The translations under genes and the position numbers were made by a program. Below, piece by piece: positions 44,801-59,800 of a stretch of 64,000 nucleotides of DNA (the stretch's first letter is position 1; each line of letters starts with the position of its first letter). Below the pieces are notes generated by a model. It ran no database searches, had not been told where the DNA came from, and saw only the letters and a program-made list of their open reading frames with translations. This stretch comes from Azolla caroliniana (taxonomy: Eukaryota; Plantae; Polypodiophyta): NCBI GenBank assembly GCA_043228905.1, contig JBHGNT010000012.1, forward strand, positions 8,060,001 through 8,124,000, given 5' to 3'.

Positions 44801-47800
44801 CACGTTTTCTTTGATTTAAGGTATGCATGTTTTCTATGTCATTGTCAAGCTACAGAGGCCATGACGTTGGATGTATCGAGGAAACCCGTAGACAAAGAAA
44901 AAGAGATTGGACGCTAAGGAAGCGTACAGAGAGGAAATGTATGAAAACGTTGAGATGTATATCAATTATGTTACATTACTAAATGAAGAATCTAGATTTG
45001 AGCTAAAAATATGCACGTTTTCTTTGATTTAAGGCATGCATGTTTTCTATCTCATTGTCAAGTTACAGAGGCCATGGCGGTGGACATATCAAGGAAGCAC
45101 GCAGATAGGGAAACAGAGATTGGAGGCCGAGGAAGCCTACAGAGAGGAATGTATGAAAACGTTGAAATGTATATCAATTATGTTACATTACTGAATGAAG
45201 AAAATAGATTTGATTAAAAAATATGCACGTTTTCTGTGATTTAAGGTATACATGTTTTCTATGTCATTGTCAAGTTACAGAAGCCATGGCGAAGGATGTA
45301 TCGAGGAAGCCCGCAAAGAGAGAAACAAAGATTGGAGGTCGGGGAAGCCGAATAGAGAGGAAATGTATGAAAACGTTCAAATGTATATCAATAATGTTAC
45401 ATTATCGAATGAAGAAAATAGATTTGAGCAAAAAATATGCACGTTTTCTTTGATTTAAGGTATGCATGTTTCCTATGTCATTGTCAAAGTACAGAGGCCA
45501 TGGCGGTGGATGTATCGAGGAACCCCGTAGAGAGAGAAACAGAGATTGGAGGCCGAGGAAGGCGATAGAGAGGAAATGTATGAAAACGTTGAGATGTATA
45601 TCAAGTACGTTACATTACTGAATGAAGAAAATAGATTTGAGCAAAAAATATGCACATTTTCTTTGATTTAAGGTATGCATGTTTTCAATGTCATTGTCAA
45701 ATAACAGAGGCCATGGCGTTGGATGTATCGAGGAAACCCGCATAAGGAGAAACAGAGATTGGAGGCCGAGGAAGCCTACAGAGAGGAAATGTATCAAAAC
45801 GTTGAAACGTATATGAATTATGTTACATTACTAAATGAAGAAAATAGATTTGAGCAAAAAATATGCACGTTTTATTTCATTAAAGGTATGTATGTTTTCT
45901 ATGTCTTTCTCAAGCTAGACAGGCCATGCCGGTGGATGTATCGAGGGATCCTATAGACAGAGAAAAAGAAATTGGAGGCCGAGGAAGCCGAGAGAGAGCA
46001 AATGTATAAAAACGATGAAATGTATATCAATTATGGTACATTATTGAATGAAAAAAATAGATTTGCGAAAAAAATATGAACGTTTTCTTTGATATAAGGT
46101 ATGCATGTTTTCTATTTCATTGTCAAGCTACAGAGGCCTTGGCGATGGGTGTATCGAGGAAACAAGTAGAGAGAGAAATAGAGATTGGAGGCCGAGGAAG
46201 TCGACATCGAGGAAATATATGAAAACCTTGAAATGTATATCAATTATGTTACATTACTGAATGAATAAAATAGATTTGAGGAAAACATATGCACGTTTCC
46301 TATGATTTAAGGTATGCATGTTTTCTATGTCATTGTCAAGCTACAGAGGCCATGGTGGTGGACGTATCATGGAAGCCTGTAGACAGAGAAACAGAGATTG
46401 TAGGCCGAGGAAACCGGCAAATAGGAAATGTATTAAAACGTTGAAATGTATATCAATTATGTTGCATTACTGAATGAAGAAAATAGATTTGAGCAAAAAA
46501 TATGTGCGTTTTCTTTGATTTAAGGTATGCATTTTTTCTATAAATGAAGAAAATAGATTTGCGTTTTCTTTAATTTAAGGTATGCATGTTTTCTATATCA
46601 TTGTCAAACTACAGAGGCCATGGCGGTGGATGTATCGAGGAAACCCACAGAGAGAAACAGAGCTTGGTGGCCGAGGAAGCCTACAGAGAGGAAATATATG
46701 AAAACGTTGAAATGTATAACAATTATGTTACATTACTAAATGAAGGAAATAGATTTGAGTAAAAAATATGCATGTTTTCTTTAATTTAACGTATGCATGT
46801 TTTCTATGTCATTGTAAAGCTACACAGGCCATGGCGGTGGATGTATCGAGGAAGCCAGCAGAAAAAAAAACAGAGAATGGTGGCCGAGGAAGCGTACAAA
46901 GAAGAAATGTATGAAAACGTTGAAATGTATATCAATTATGTTACATTACTTAATGAAGAAAATGATTTGAGCAAAAAATATGCACGTTTTCTTTAATTTA
47001 AGGTATGGATGTTTCCTATATCATTGTCAAGCTACAGAGGCCATGGCGATAGATATATCGAGGAAGCCCGTAGAGAGAGAAAAAGAGATTGGAGGCCGAG
47101 GAAGCCTAAAGAGAGGAAATGTATGAAAACGTTGAAATGTATATGAATTATGTTAAATTACTAAATGAAGAAATTAGATTTGAGCAGAAAATATGCACGT
47201 TTTCTGTGATTTAAGCTATCCATGTTTTCTATATCATTGTCAAACTACAGAGGCCATGGCGTTGGATATATCGAGGAAGCCCGTAGAGAGAGAAACAGAG
47301 ATTGGAGGCCTAGGAAGCCTACAGAGAGGAATGAATGAAAACATTCATATGTATATCAATTATGTTACATTACAAAATGAAGAAGATAGATTTGATTATA
47401 AAATATGCACGTTTTCTGTGATTTAAGTTATGCATGTTTTCTATGTCATCATCAAGCTACAGAGGCCATGGAGGTGGATGCATCAAGGAAACCCGCAGAG
47501 AGAGAAACAAAGATTGGAGGCCGAGAAAGGCGATAGAGAGAAAGTGTATGAAAACGTTGAAATGAAGAAATTGATTTAAGCAAAAAATATGCACGTTTTC
47601 CTTGATTTAAGGTATGCATATTTTCTATGTCGTTGTCAGGCTACAGAGGCCATGGCGGTGGATGTATCGAGGAAGCCCGCAAATAGAGAAACAGAGATTG
47701 GAGGTCGGGGAAGCCTACAAAGAGGAAATGTATGAAAAACGTTGAAATGTATATCAATTATGTTACATTACTAAATGAAGAAAATAGATTTGAGCAAAAT

Positions 47801-50800
47801 ATATGCACGTTTTCTTTGATTTAATGTATGCATGTTTTCTATGTCATTGTCAAGCTAGAGAGCCCATTGCGATGGATGTATGGAGGAAATGTATGAAAAC
47901 GTTGAAATGTATATCAATTATGCTACATTACTGAATGAAGAAAATATATTTGAGCAAAAAATATGCATGTTTTCTGTAATTTAAGGTATGCATGTTTTCT
48001 ATGTCATTGTCAAGCTAGAGAGGTAAAAATTATGCACGTTTTCTTTGATTTAAGGTATGCATGTTTTCTATGTCATTGTCAAGCTATAGAGGCCATGGCA
48101 TTGGATGTATCGAGGAAGCCCGTCCACAGAAAAACAGAGATTGGACGCTGAGGATGCCTACAGAGAAGAAATGTATGAAAACGGTGAGATGTATATCAAT
48201 TATGTTACATTACTCAATGAACAAAATGATTTGAGCAAAACATATGCACGTTCTCTTTGATTTAAGGTATGCATGATTTCTCTGTCATTGTCAAGCTATA
48301 GAGGCCATGGCGATGGATATATCGAGGAAGCCCGTACAGAGAGAAACAGAGATTGGAGGCCGAGGAAGCATACAGAGAGAAAATGTATGAAAAGGTTGAA
48401 ATGTATATCAATTATGTTACATTACTAAATGAAGAAAATATATTTGAGCAAAAAATATGCACGTTTTCTTTGATTTAAGCTATGCATGTTTTCTATATCA
48501 TTGTCAAGCAATAGAGGCCATGGCATTGGATGTATCGAGGAAGCCCGTAGACAGAAAAACAGAGATTGGACGTTGAGGAAGCCTACAGAGAGGAAATGTA
48601 TGAAAACGTTGAGATGTATATCAATTATGTTACATTACTGTATGAAGAATATAGACTTGAGCAAAAAATATGCACGTTTTCTTTAATTTAAGGTATGCAT
48701 GTTTTCTATATCATTGTCAAGTTACAAAGGCCAGGGCGGTGGATGTATCGAGGAAGCACACAGATAGAGAAACAGAGATTGGAGGCCGAGAAAGCCTACA
48801 GAGAGGAAATGTATGGAAACGTTGAAATGTATATCAATTATGTTACATTACTGAATGAAGATATTAGATTTGATTAAAAAATATGCACGTTCTGTGTGAT
48901 TTAAGGTATGCGTGTTTTCTATGTCATTGTCAAGCTAGAGAGGCCATGGCGGTGGATGTATCGAGGACGCCCTGAGAGAGAGAAACAGAGATTCGAGGCT
49001 GAGGAAGCCGATAGAGAGGAAATGTATGAAAACGTAGAAATGTATATGAATTATGTTACATTACTAAATGAAGAAAATGATTTGAGGAAAAAATATGCAC
49101 GTTTTCTTTTATTTAAGGTATGCATGTTTTCTATGTCATTGTCAAGCTACAGAGGCCATGACGTTGGATGTATCGAGGAAACCCGTAGACAAAGAAAAAG
49201 AGATTGGACGCTAAGGAAGCGTACAGAGAGGAAATGTATGAAAACGTTGAGATGTATATCAATTATGTTACATTACTAAATGAAGAATCTAGATTTGAGC
49301 TAAAAATATGCACGTTTTCTTTGATTTAAGGCATGCATGTTTTCTATCTCATTGTCAAGTTACAGAGGCCATGGCGGTGGACATATCAAGGAAGCACGCA
49401 GATAGGGAAACAGAGATTGGAGGCCGAGGAAGCCTACAGAGAGGAATGTATGAAAACGTTGAAATGTATATCAATTATGTTACATTACTGAATGAACAAA
49501 ATAGATTTGATTAAAAAATATGCACGTTTTCTGTGATTTAAGGTATACATGTTTTCTATGTCATTGTCAAGTTACAGAAGCCATGGCGAAGGATGTATCG
49601 AGGAAGCCCGCAAAGAGAGAAACAAAGATTGGAGGTCGGGGAAGCCGAATAGAGAGGAAATGTATGAAAACGTTCAAATGTATATCAATAATGTTACATT
49701 ATCGAATGAAGAAAATAGATTTGAGCAAAAAATATGCACGTTTTCTTTGATTTAAGGTATGCATGTTTCCTATGTCATTGTCAAAGTACAGAGGCCATGG
49801 CGGTGGATGTATCGAGGAACCCCGTAGAGAGAGAAACAGAGATTGGAGGCCGAGGAAGGCGATAGAGAGGAAATGTATGAAAACGTTGAGATGTATATCA
49901 AGTATGTTACATTACTGAATGAAGAAAATAGATTTGAGCAAAAAATATGAACGTTTTCTTCGATTTAAGGTATACATGTTTTCTACGTCATTGTCAAGCT
50001 ACAGAGGCCATGGCGTTGGATGTATCGAGGAAACCCGTAGACAAAGAAAAAGAGATTGGACGCTAAGGAAGCCTACAGAGAGGAAATGTATGAAAACGTT
50101 GACATGTATATCAATTATGTTACATTACTATATGAAGAATATAGAATTAAGCAAAAAATATTCACGTTTTCTTTGATTTAAGGCATGCATGTTTTCTATG
50201 TCATTGTCAAGTTACAGAGGCCATGGCGGTGGATGTATCAAGGAAGCACGCAGATAGGGAAACAGAGATTGGAGGCCGAGGAAGCCTACAGAGAGGAATG
50301 TATGAAAACGTTCAAATGTATATCAATTATGTTACAATACTAAATGAAGAAAATAGATTTGATTAAAAAATATGCACGTTTTCTGTGATTTAAGGTATAC
50401 ATGTTTTCTATGTCATTGTCAAGCTACAGAGGCCATGGCGGTTGATGTAGCGAGGAAGCCCGCAAAGAGAGAAACAGAGTTGGAGGCCGACGAAGCCGAT
50501 AGAGAGGAAATGTATGAAAACGTAGAAATGTATATCAATTATATTACATTACTAAATGAAGAAAATGATTTGAGCAAAAAATATGCACGTTTTCTTTGAT
50601 TTAAGGTATGCATGTTTTCTATGTCATTGTCAAGCTACAGAGGCCATGGCGTTGGATGTATCGAGGAAACCCGTAGACAAAGAAAAAGAGATTAGACGCT
50701 AAGGAAACCTACAGAGAGGAAATGTATGAAAACGTTGACATGTATATCAATTATGTTATATTACTATATGAAGAATATAGAATTAAGCAAAAAATATGCA

Positions 50801-53800
50801 CGTTTTCTTTGATTTAAGGCATGCATGTTTTCTATGTCATTGTCAAGTTACAGAGGCCATGGCGGTGGATGTATCAAGGACGCACGCAGATAGGGAAACA
50901 GAGATTGGAGGCCGAGGAAGCCTACAGAGAGGAATGTATGAAAACGTTCAAATATATATCAATTATGTTACAATACTGAATGAAGAAAATAGATTTGATT
51001 AAAAAATATGCACGTTTTCTGTGATTTAAGGTATACATGTTTTCTATGTCATTGTCAAGCTACAGAGGCCATGGCGGTTGATGTAGCGAGGAAGCCCGCA
51101 GAGAGAGAAACAGAGTTGGAGGCCGACGAAGCCGATAGAGAGGAAATGTATGAAAACGTAGAAATGTATATCAATTATGTTACATTACTAAATGAAGAAA
51201 ATGATTTGAGCAAAAAATATGCACGTTTTCTTTGATTTAAGGTATGCATGTTTTCTATGTCGTTGTCAAGCTACAAAGGTCATGGCGGTGGATGTATCGA
51301 GGAAGCCCGCAAAGACAGAAACAGAGATTGAAGGTCGGGGAAGACTACAAAGAGGAAATGTATGAAAACGTTGAAATGTATATCAATTATGTTACATTAC
51401 TAAATGAAGAAAATCGATTTGAGCAAAAAATATGCACGTTTTCTTTGATTTAAGGTATGCATGTTTTCTATGTCATTGTCAAGCTAGAGAGGCCATGGCG
51501 ATGGATGTATGGAGGAAGCCCGTAGAGAGAGAAACAAAGATTGGAGGCCGAGGAAGCCTACAGAGAGGAAATGTATGAAAACGTTGAAATGTATATCAAT
51601 GATGTTACATTACTGAATGAAGAAAATAGATTTGACTAAAAAATATGCACGTTTTCTGTGATTTAAGGTATGCATGTTTTCTATGTCATTGTCAAGTTAT
51701 AGAGGCCATGGCGGTCGATGTATCAAGGAAGCATGGAGATAGAGAAACAGAGATTGGAGGCCGACGAAGCGTACAAAGAGGAATGTATGAAAACGTTGAA
51801 ATGTATATCAATTATGTTACATTACTGAATAAAGAAAATAGCTTTGATTAAAAAATATGCACGTTTTCTGTGATTTAAGGTATACATGTTTTATATGTCA
51901 TTGTCAAGCTATAGAGGCCATGGCGGTTGATGTAGCGAGGAAGCCCGCAGAGAGAGAAACAGAGTTGGAGGCCGACGAAGCCGATAGAGAGGAAATGTAT
52001 GAAAACGTAGAAATGTATATCAATTATGTTACATTACTAAATGAAGAAAATGATTTGAGCAAAAAATATACACGTTTTCTTTGATTTAAGGTATGGATGT
52101 TTTCTATGTCGTTGTCAAGCTACAGAGGCCATGGCGGTGGATGTATCGAGGAAGCCCGCAAAGAGAGAAACAGAGATTGGAGGTCGGGGAAGACTACAAA
52201 GAGGAAATGTATGAAAACGTTGAAATGTATATCAATTATGTTACATTACTAAATGAAGAAAATCGATTTGAGCAAAAAATATGCACGTTTTCTTTGATTT
52301 AAGGTATGCATGTTTTCTATGTCATTGTCAAGCTAGAGAGGCCATGGCGATGGATGTATGGAGGAAGCCCGTAGAGAGAGAAACAAAGATTGGAGGCCGA
52401 GGAAGCCTACAGAGAGGAAATGTATGAAAACGTTGAAATGTATATCAATGATGTTACATTACTGAATGAAGAAAATAGATTTGACTAAAAAATATGCACG
52501 TTTTCTGTGATTTAAGGTATGCATGTTTTCTATGTCATTGTCAAGTTATAGAGGCCATGGCGGTCGATGTATCAAGGAAGCATGGAGATAGAGAAACAGA
52601 GATTGGAGGCCGACGAAGCGTACAAAGAGGAATGTATGAAAACGTTGAAATGTATATCAATTATGTTACATTATTGAATAAAGAAAATAGCTTTGATTAA
52701 AAAATATGCACGTTTTCTGTGATTTAAGGTATACATGTTTTCTATGTCATTGTCAAGCTATAGAGGCCATGGCGGTTGATGTAGGGAGGAAGCCCGTAGA
52801 GAGAGAAACAGAGTTGGAGGCCGACGAAGCCGATAGAGAGGAAATGTATGAAAACGTAGAAATGTATATCAATTATGTTACATTACTAAATGAAGAAAAT
52901 GATTTGAGCAAAAAATATGCACGTTTTCTTTGATTTAAGGTATGCATGTTTTCTATGTCGTTGTCAAGCTACAAAGGCCATGGCGGTGGATGTATCGAGG
53001 AAGCCCGCAAAGAGAGAAACAGAGATTGGAGGTCGGGGAAGACTACAAAGAGGAAATGTATGAAAACGTTGAAATGTATATCAATTATGTTACATTACTG
53101 AATGAAGAAAATAGATTTGACTAAAAAATATGCACGTTTTCTGTGATTTAAGGTATGCATGTTTTCTATGTCATTGTCAAGTTATAGAGGCCATGGCAAT
53201 CGATGTATCAAGGAAGCATGGAGATAGAGAAACAGAGATTGGAGGCCGACGAAACGTACAAAGAGGAATGTATGAAAACGTTGAAATGTATATCAATTAT
53301 GTTACATTACTAAATGAAGAAATTAGATTTGACTAAAAAATATGCACGTTTTCTGTGATTTAAGGTATGCATGTTTTCTATGTCATTGTCAAGTTATAGA
53401 GGCCATGGCGGTCGATGTATCAAGGAAGCATGGAGATAGAGAAACAGAGATTGGAGGCCGACGAAGCGTACAAAGAGGAATGTATGAAAACGTTGAAATG
53501 TATATCAATTATGTTACATTACTGAATCAAGAAAATAGCTTTGATTAAAAAATATGCACGTTTTCTGTGATTTAAGGTATACATGTTTTCTATGTCATTG
53601 TCAAGCTATAGAGGCCATGGCGGTTGATGTAGGGAGGAAGCCCGCAGAGAGAGAAACAGAGTTGGAGGCCGACGAAGCCGATAGAGAGGAAATGTATGAA
53701 AACGTAGAAATGTATATCAATTATGTTACATTACTAAATGAAGAAAATGATTTGAGCAAAAAATATGCACGTTTTCTTTGATTTAAGGTATGCATGTTTT

Positions 53801-56800
53801 CTATGTCGTTGTCAAGCTACAAAGGCCATGGCGGTGGATGTATCGAGGAAGCCCGCAAAGAGAGAAACAGAGATTGGAGGTCGGGGAAGACTACAAAGAG
53901 GAAATGTATGAAAACGTTGAAATGTATATCAATTATGTTACATTACTGAATGAAGAAAATAGATTTGACTAAAAAATATGCACGTTTTCTGTGATTTAAG
54001 GTATGCATGTTTTCTATGTCATTGTCAAGTTATAGAGGCCATGGCGGTCAACGTATCAAGGAAGCATGGAGATAGAGAAACAGAGATTGGAGGCCGACGA
54101 AGCGTACAAAGAGGAATGTATGAAAACGTTGAAATGTATATCAATTATGTTACATTACTGAATAAAGAAAATAGCTTTGATTAAAAAATATGCACATTTT
54201 CTGTGATTTAAGGTATACATGTTTTATATGTCATTGTCAAGCTATAGAGGCCATAGCGGTTGATGTAGCGAGGAAGCCCGCAGAGAGAGAAACAGAGTTG
54301 GAGGCCGACGAAGCCGATAGAGAGGAAATGTATGAAAACGTAGAAATGTATATCAATTATGTTACATTACTAAATGAAGAAAATGATTTGAGCAAAAAAT
54401 ATACACGTTTTCTTTGATTTAAGGTATGGATGTTTTCTATGTCGTTGTCAAGCTACAGAGGCCATGGCGGTGGATGTATCGAGGAAGCCCACAAAGAGAG
54501 AAACAGAGATTGGAGGTCGGGGAAGACTACAAAGAGGAAATGTATGAAAACGTTGAAATGTATATCAATTATGTTACATTACTAAATGAAGAAAATCGAT
54601 TTGAGCAAAAAATATGCACGTTTTCTTTGATTTAAGGTATGCATGTTTTCTATGTCATTGTCAAGCTAGAGAGGCCATGGCGATGGATGTATGGAGGAAG
54701 CCCGTAGAGAGAGAAACAAAGATTGGAGGCCGAGGAAGCCTACAGAGAGGAAATGTATGAAAACGTTGAAATGTATATCAATGATGTTACATTACTGAAT
54801 GAAGAAAATAGATTTGACTAAAAAATATGCACGTTTTCTGTGATTTAAGGTATGCATGTTTTCTATGTCATTGTCAAGTTATAGAGGCCATGGCGGTCGA
54901 TGTATCAAGGAAGCATGGAGATAGAGAAACAGAGATTGGAGGCCGACGAAGCGTACAAAGAGGAATGTATGAAAACGTTGAAATGTATATCAATTATGTT
55001 ACATTACTGAATAAAGAAAATAGCTTTGATTAAAAAATATGCACGTTTTCTGTGATTTAAGGTATACATGTTTTCTATGTCATTGTCAAGCTATAGAGGC
55101 CATGGCGGTTGATGTAGGGAGGAAGCCCGTAGAGAGAGAAACAGAGTTGGAGGCCGACGAAGCCGATAGAGAGGAAATGTATGAAAACGTAGAAATGTAT
55201 ATCAATTATGTTACATTACTAAATGAAGAAAATGATTTGAGCAAAAAATATGCATGTTTTCTTTGATTTAAGGTATGCATGTTTTCTATGTCGTTGTCAA
55301 GCTACAAAGGCCATGGCGGTGGATGTATCGAGGAAGCCCGCAAAGAGAGAAACAGAGATTGGAGGTCGGGGAAGACTACAAAGAGGAAATGTATGAAAAC
55401 GTTGAAATGTATATCAATTATGTTACATTACTAAATGAAGAAAATCGATTTGAGCAAAAAATATGCACGTTTTCTTTGATTTAAGGTATGCATGTTTTCT
55501 ATGTCATTGTCAAGCTAGAGAGGCCATGGCGATGGATGTATGGAGGAAGCCCGTAGAGAGAGAAACAAAGATTGGAGGCCGAGGAAGCCTACAGAGAGGA
55601 AATGTATGAAAACGTTGAAATGTATATCAATGATGTTACATTACTGAATGAAGAAAATAGATTTGACTAAAAAATATGCACGTTTTCTGTGATTTAAGGT
55701 ATGCATGTTTTCTATGTCATTGTCAAGTTATAGAGGCCATGGCGGTCGATGTATCAAGGAAGCATGGAGATAGAGAAACAGAGATTGGAGGCCGACGAAG
55801 CGTACAAAGAGGACTGTATGAAAACGTTGAAATGTATATCAATTATGTTACATTACTGAATAAAGAAAATAGTTTTGATTAAAAAATATGCACGTTTTCT
55901 GTGATTTAAGGTATACATGTTTTCTATGTCAATGTCAAGCTATAGAGGCCATGGCGGTTGATGTAGGGAGGAAGCCCGCAGAGAGAGAAACAGAGTTGGA
56001 GGCCGACGAAGCCGATAGAGAGGAAATGTATGAAAACGTAGAAATGTATATCAATTATATTACATTACTAAATGAAGAAAATGATTTGAGCAAAAAATAT
56101 GCACGTTTTCTTTGATTTAAGGTATGCATGTTTTCTATGTCATTGTCAAGCTACAGAGGCCATGGCGTTGGATGTATCGAGGAAACCCGTAGACAAAGAA
56201 AAAGAGATTAGACGCTAAGGAAACCTACAAAGAGGAAATGTATGAAAACGTTGACATGTATATCAATTATGTTATATTACTATATGAAGAATATAGAATT
56301 AAGCAAAAAATATGCACGTTTTCTTTGATTTAAGGCATGCATGTTTTCTATGTCATTGTCAAGTTACAGAGGCCATGGCGGTGGATGTATCAAGGACGCA
56401 CGCAGATAGGGAAACAGAGATTGGAGGCCGAGGAAGCCTACGGAGAGGAATGTATGAAAACGTTCAAATATATATCAATTATGTTACAATACTGAATGAA
56501 GAAAATAGATTTGATTAAAAAATATGCACGTTTTCTGTGATTTAAGGTATACATGTTTTCTATGTCATTGTCAAGCTACAGAGGCCATGGCGGTTGATGT
56601 AGCGAGGAAGCCCGCAGAGAGAGAAACAGAGTTGGAGGCCGACGAAGCCGATAGAGAGGAAATGTATGAAAACGTAGAAATGTATATCAATTATGTTACA
56701 TTACTAAATGAAGAAAATGATTTGAGCAAAAAATATGCACGTTTTCTTTGATTTAAGGTATGCATGTTTTCTATGTCGTTGTCAAGCTACAAAGGCCATG

Positions 56801-59800
56801 GCGGTGGATGTATCGAGGAAGCCCGCAAAGAGAGAAACAGAGATTGGAGGTCGGGGAAGACTACAAAGAGGAAATGTATGAAAACGTTGAAATGTATATC
56901 AATTATGTTACATTACTAAATGAAGAAAATCGATTTGAGCAAAAAATATGCACGTTTTCTTTGATTTAAGGTATGCATGTTTTCTATGTCATTGTCAAGC
57001 TAGAGAGGCCATGGCGATGGATGTATGGAGGAAGCCCGTAGAGAGAGAAACAAAGATTGGAGGCCGAGGAAGCCTACAGAGAGGAAATGTATGAAAACGT
57101 TGAAATGTATATCAATGATGTTACATTACTGAATGAAGAAAATAGATTTGACTAAAAAATATGCACGTTTTCTGTGATTTAAGGTATGCATGTTTTCTAT
57201 GTCATTGTCAAGTTATAGAGGCCATGGCGGTCGATGTATCAAGGAAGCATGGAGATAGAGAAACAGAGATTGGAGGCCGACGAAGCGTACAAAGAGGAAT
57301 GTATGAAAACGTTGAAATGTATATCAATTATGTTACATTACTGAATAAAGAAAATAGCTTTGATTAAAAAATATGCACATTTTCTGTGATTTAAGGTATA
57401 CATGTTTTATATGTCATTGTCAAGCTATAGAGGCCATGGCGGTTGATGTAGCGAGGAAGCCCGCAGAGAGAGAAACAGAGTTGGAGGCCGACGAAGCCGA
57501 TAGAGAGGAAATGTATGAAAACGTAGAAATGTATATCAATTATGTTACATTACTAAATGAAGAAAATGATTTGAGCAAAAAATATACACGTTTTCTTTGA
57601 TTTAAGGTATGGATGTTTTCTATGTCGTTGTCAAGCTACAGAGGCCATGGCGGTGAATGTATCGAGGAAGCCCGCAAAGAGAGAAACAGAGATTGGAGGT
57701 CGGGGAAGACTACAAAGAGGAAATGTATGAAAACGTTGAAATGTATATCAATTATGTTACATTACTAAATGAAGAAAATCGATTTGAGCAAAAAATATGC
57801 ACGTTTTCTTTGATTTAAGGTATGCATGTTTTCTATGTCATTGTCAAGCTAGAGAGGCCATGGCGATGGATGTATGGAGGAAGCCCGTAGAGAGAGAAAC
57901 AAAGATTGGAGGCCGAGGAAGCCTACAGAGAGGAAATGTATGAAAACGTTGAAATGTATATCAATTATGTTACATTACTGAATGAAGAAAATAGATTTGA
58001 CTAAAAAATATGCACGTTTTCTGTGATTTAAGGTATGCATGTTTTCTATGTCATTGTCAAGTTATAGAGGCCATGGCGGTCAACGTATCAAGGAAGCATG
58101 GAGATAGAGAAACAGAGATTGGAGGCCGACGAAGCGTACAAAGAGGAATGTATGAAAACGTTGAAATGTATATCAATTATGTTACATTACTGAATAAAGA
58201 AAATAGCTTTGATTAAAAAATATGCACATTTTCTGTGATTTAAGGTATACATGTTTTATATGTCATTGTCAAGCTATAGAGGCCATAGCGGTTGATGTAG
58301 CGAGGAAGCCCGCAGAGAGAGAAACAGAGTTGGAGGCCGACGAAGCCGATAGAGAGGAAATGTATGAAAACGTAGAAATGTATATCAATTATGTTACATT
58401 ACTAAATGAAGAAAATGATTTGAGCAAAAAATATACACGTTTTCTTTGATTTAAGGTATGGATGTTTTCTATGTCGTTGTCAAGCTACAGAGGCCATGGC
58501 GGTGGATGTATCGAGGAAGCCCACAAAGAGAGAAACAGAGATTGGAGGTCGGGGAAGACTACAAAGAGGAAATGTATGAAAACGTTGAAATGTATATCAA
58601 TTATGTTACATTACTAAATGAAGAAAATCGATTTGAGCAAAAAATATGCACGTTTTCTTTGATTTAAGGTATGCATGTTTTCTATGTCATTGTCAAGCTA
58701 GAGAGGCCATGGCGATGGATGTATGGAGGAAGCCCGTAGAGAGAGAAACAAAGATTGGAGGCCGAGGAAGCCTACAGAGAGGAAATGTATGAAAACGTTG
58801 AAATGTATATCAATGATGTTACATTACTGAATGAAGAAAATAGATTTGACTAAAAAATATGCACGTTTTCTGTGATTTAAGGTATGCATGTTTTCTATGT
58901 CATTGTCAAGTTATAGAGGCCATGGCGGTCGATGTATCAAGGAAGCATGGAGATAGAGAAACAGAGATTGGAGGCCGACGAAGCGTACAAAGAGGAATGT
59001 ATGAAAACGTTGAAATGTATATCAATTATGTTACATTACTGAATAAAGAAAATAGCTTTGATTAAAAAATATGCACGTTTTCTGTGATTTAAGGTATACA
59101 TGTTTTCTATGTCATTGTCAAGCTATAGAGGCCATGGCGGTTGATGTAGGGAGGAAGCCCGTAGAGAGAGAAACAGAGTTGGAGGCCGACGAAGCCGATA
59201 GAGAGGAAATGTATGAAAACGTAGAAATGTATATCAATTATGTTACATTACTAAATGAAGAAAATGATTTGAGCAAAAAATATGCATGTTTTCTTTGATT
59301 TAAGGTATGCATGTTTTCTATGTCGTTGTCAAGCTACAAAGGCCATGGCGGTGGATGTATCGAGGAAGCCCGCAAAGAGAGAAACAGAGATTGGAGGTCG
59401 GGGAAGACTACAAAGAGGAAATGTATGAAAACGTTGAAATGTATATCAATTATGTTACATTACTAAATGAAGAAAATCGATTTGAGCAAAAAATATGCAC
59501 GTTTTCTTTGATTTAAGGTATGCATGTTTTCTATGTCATTGTCAAGCTAGAGAGGCCATGGCGATGGATGTATGGAGGAAGCCCGTAGAGAGAGAAACAA
59601 AGATTGGAGGCCGAGGAAGCCTACAGAGAGGAAATGTATGAAAACGTTGAAATGTATATCAATGATGTTACATTACTGAATGAAGAAAATAGATTTGACT
59701 AAAAAATATGCACGTTTTCTGTGATTTAAGGTATGCATGTTTTCTATGTCATTGTCAAGTTATAGAGGCCATGGCGGTCGATGTATCAAGGAAGCATGGA

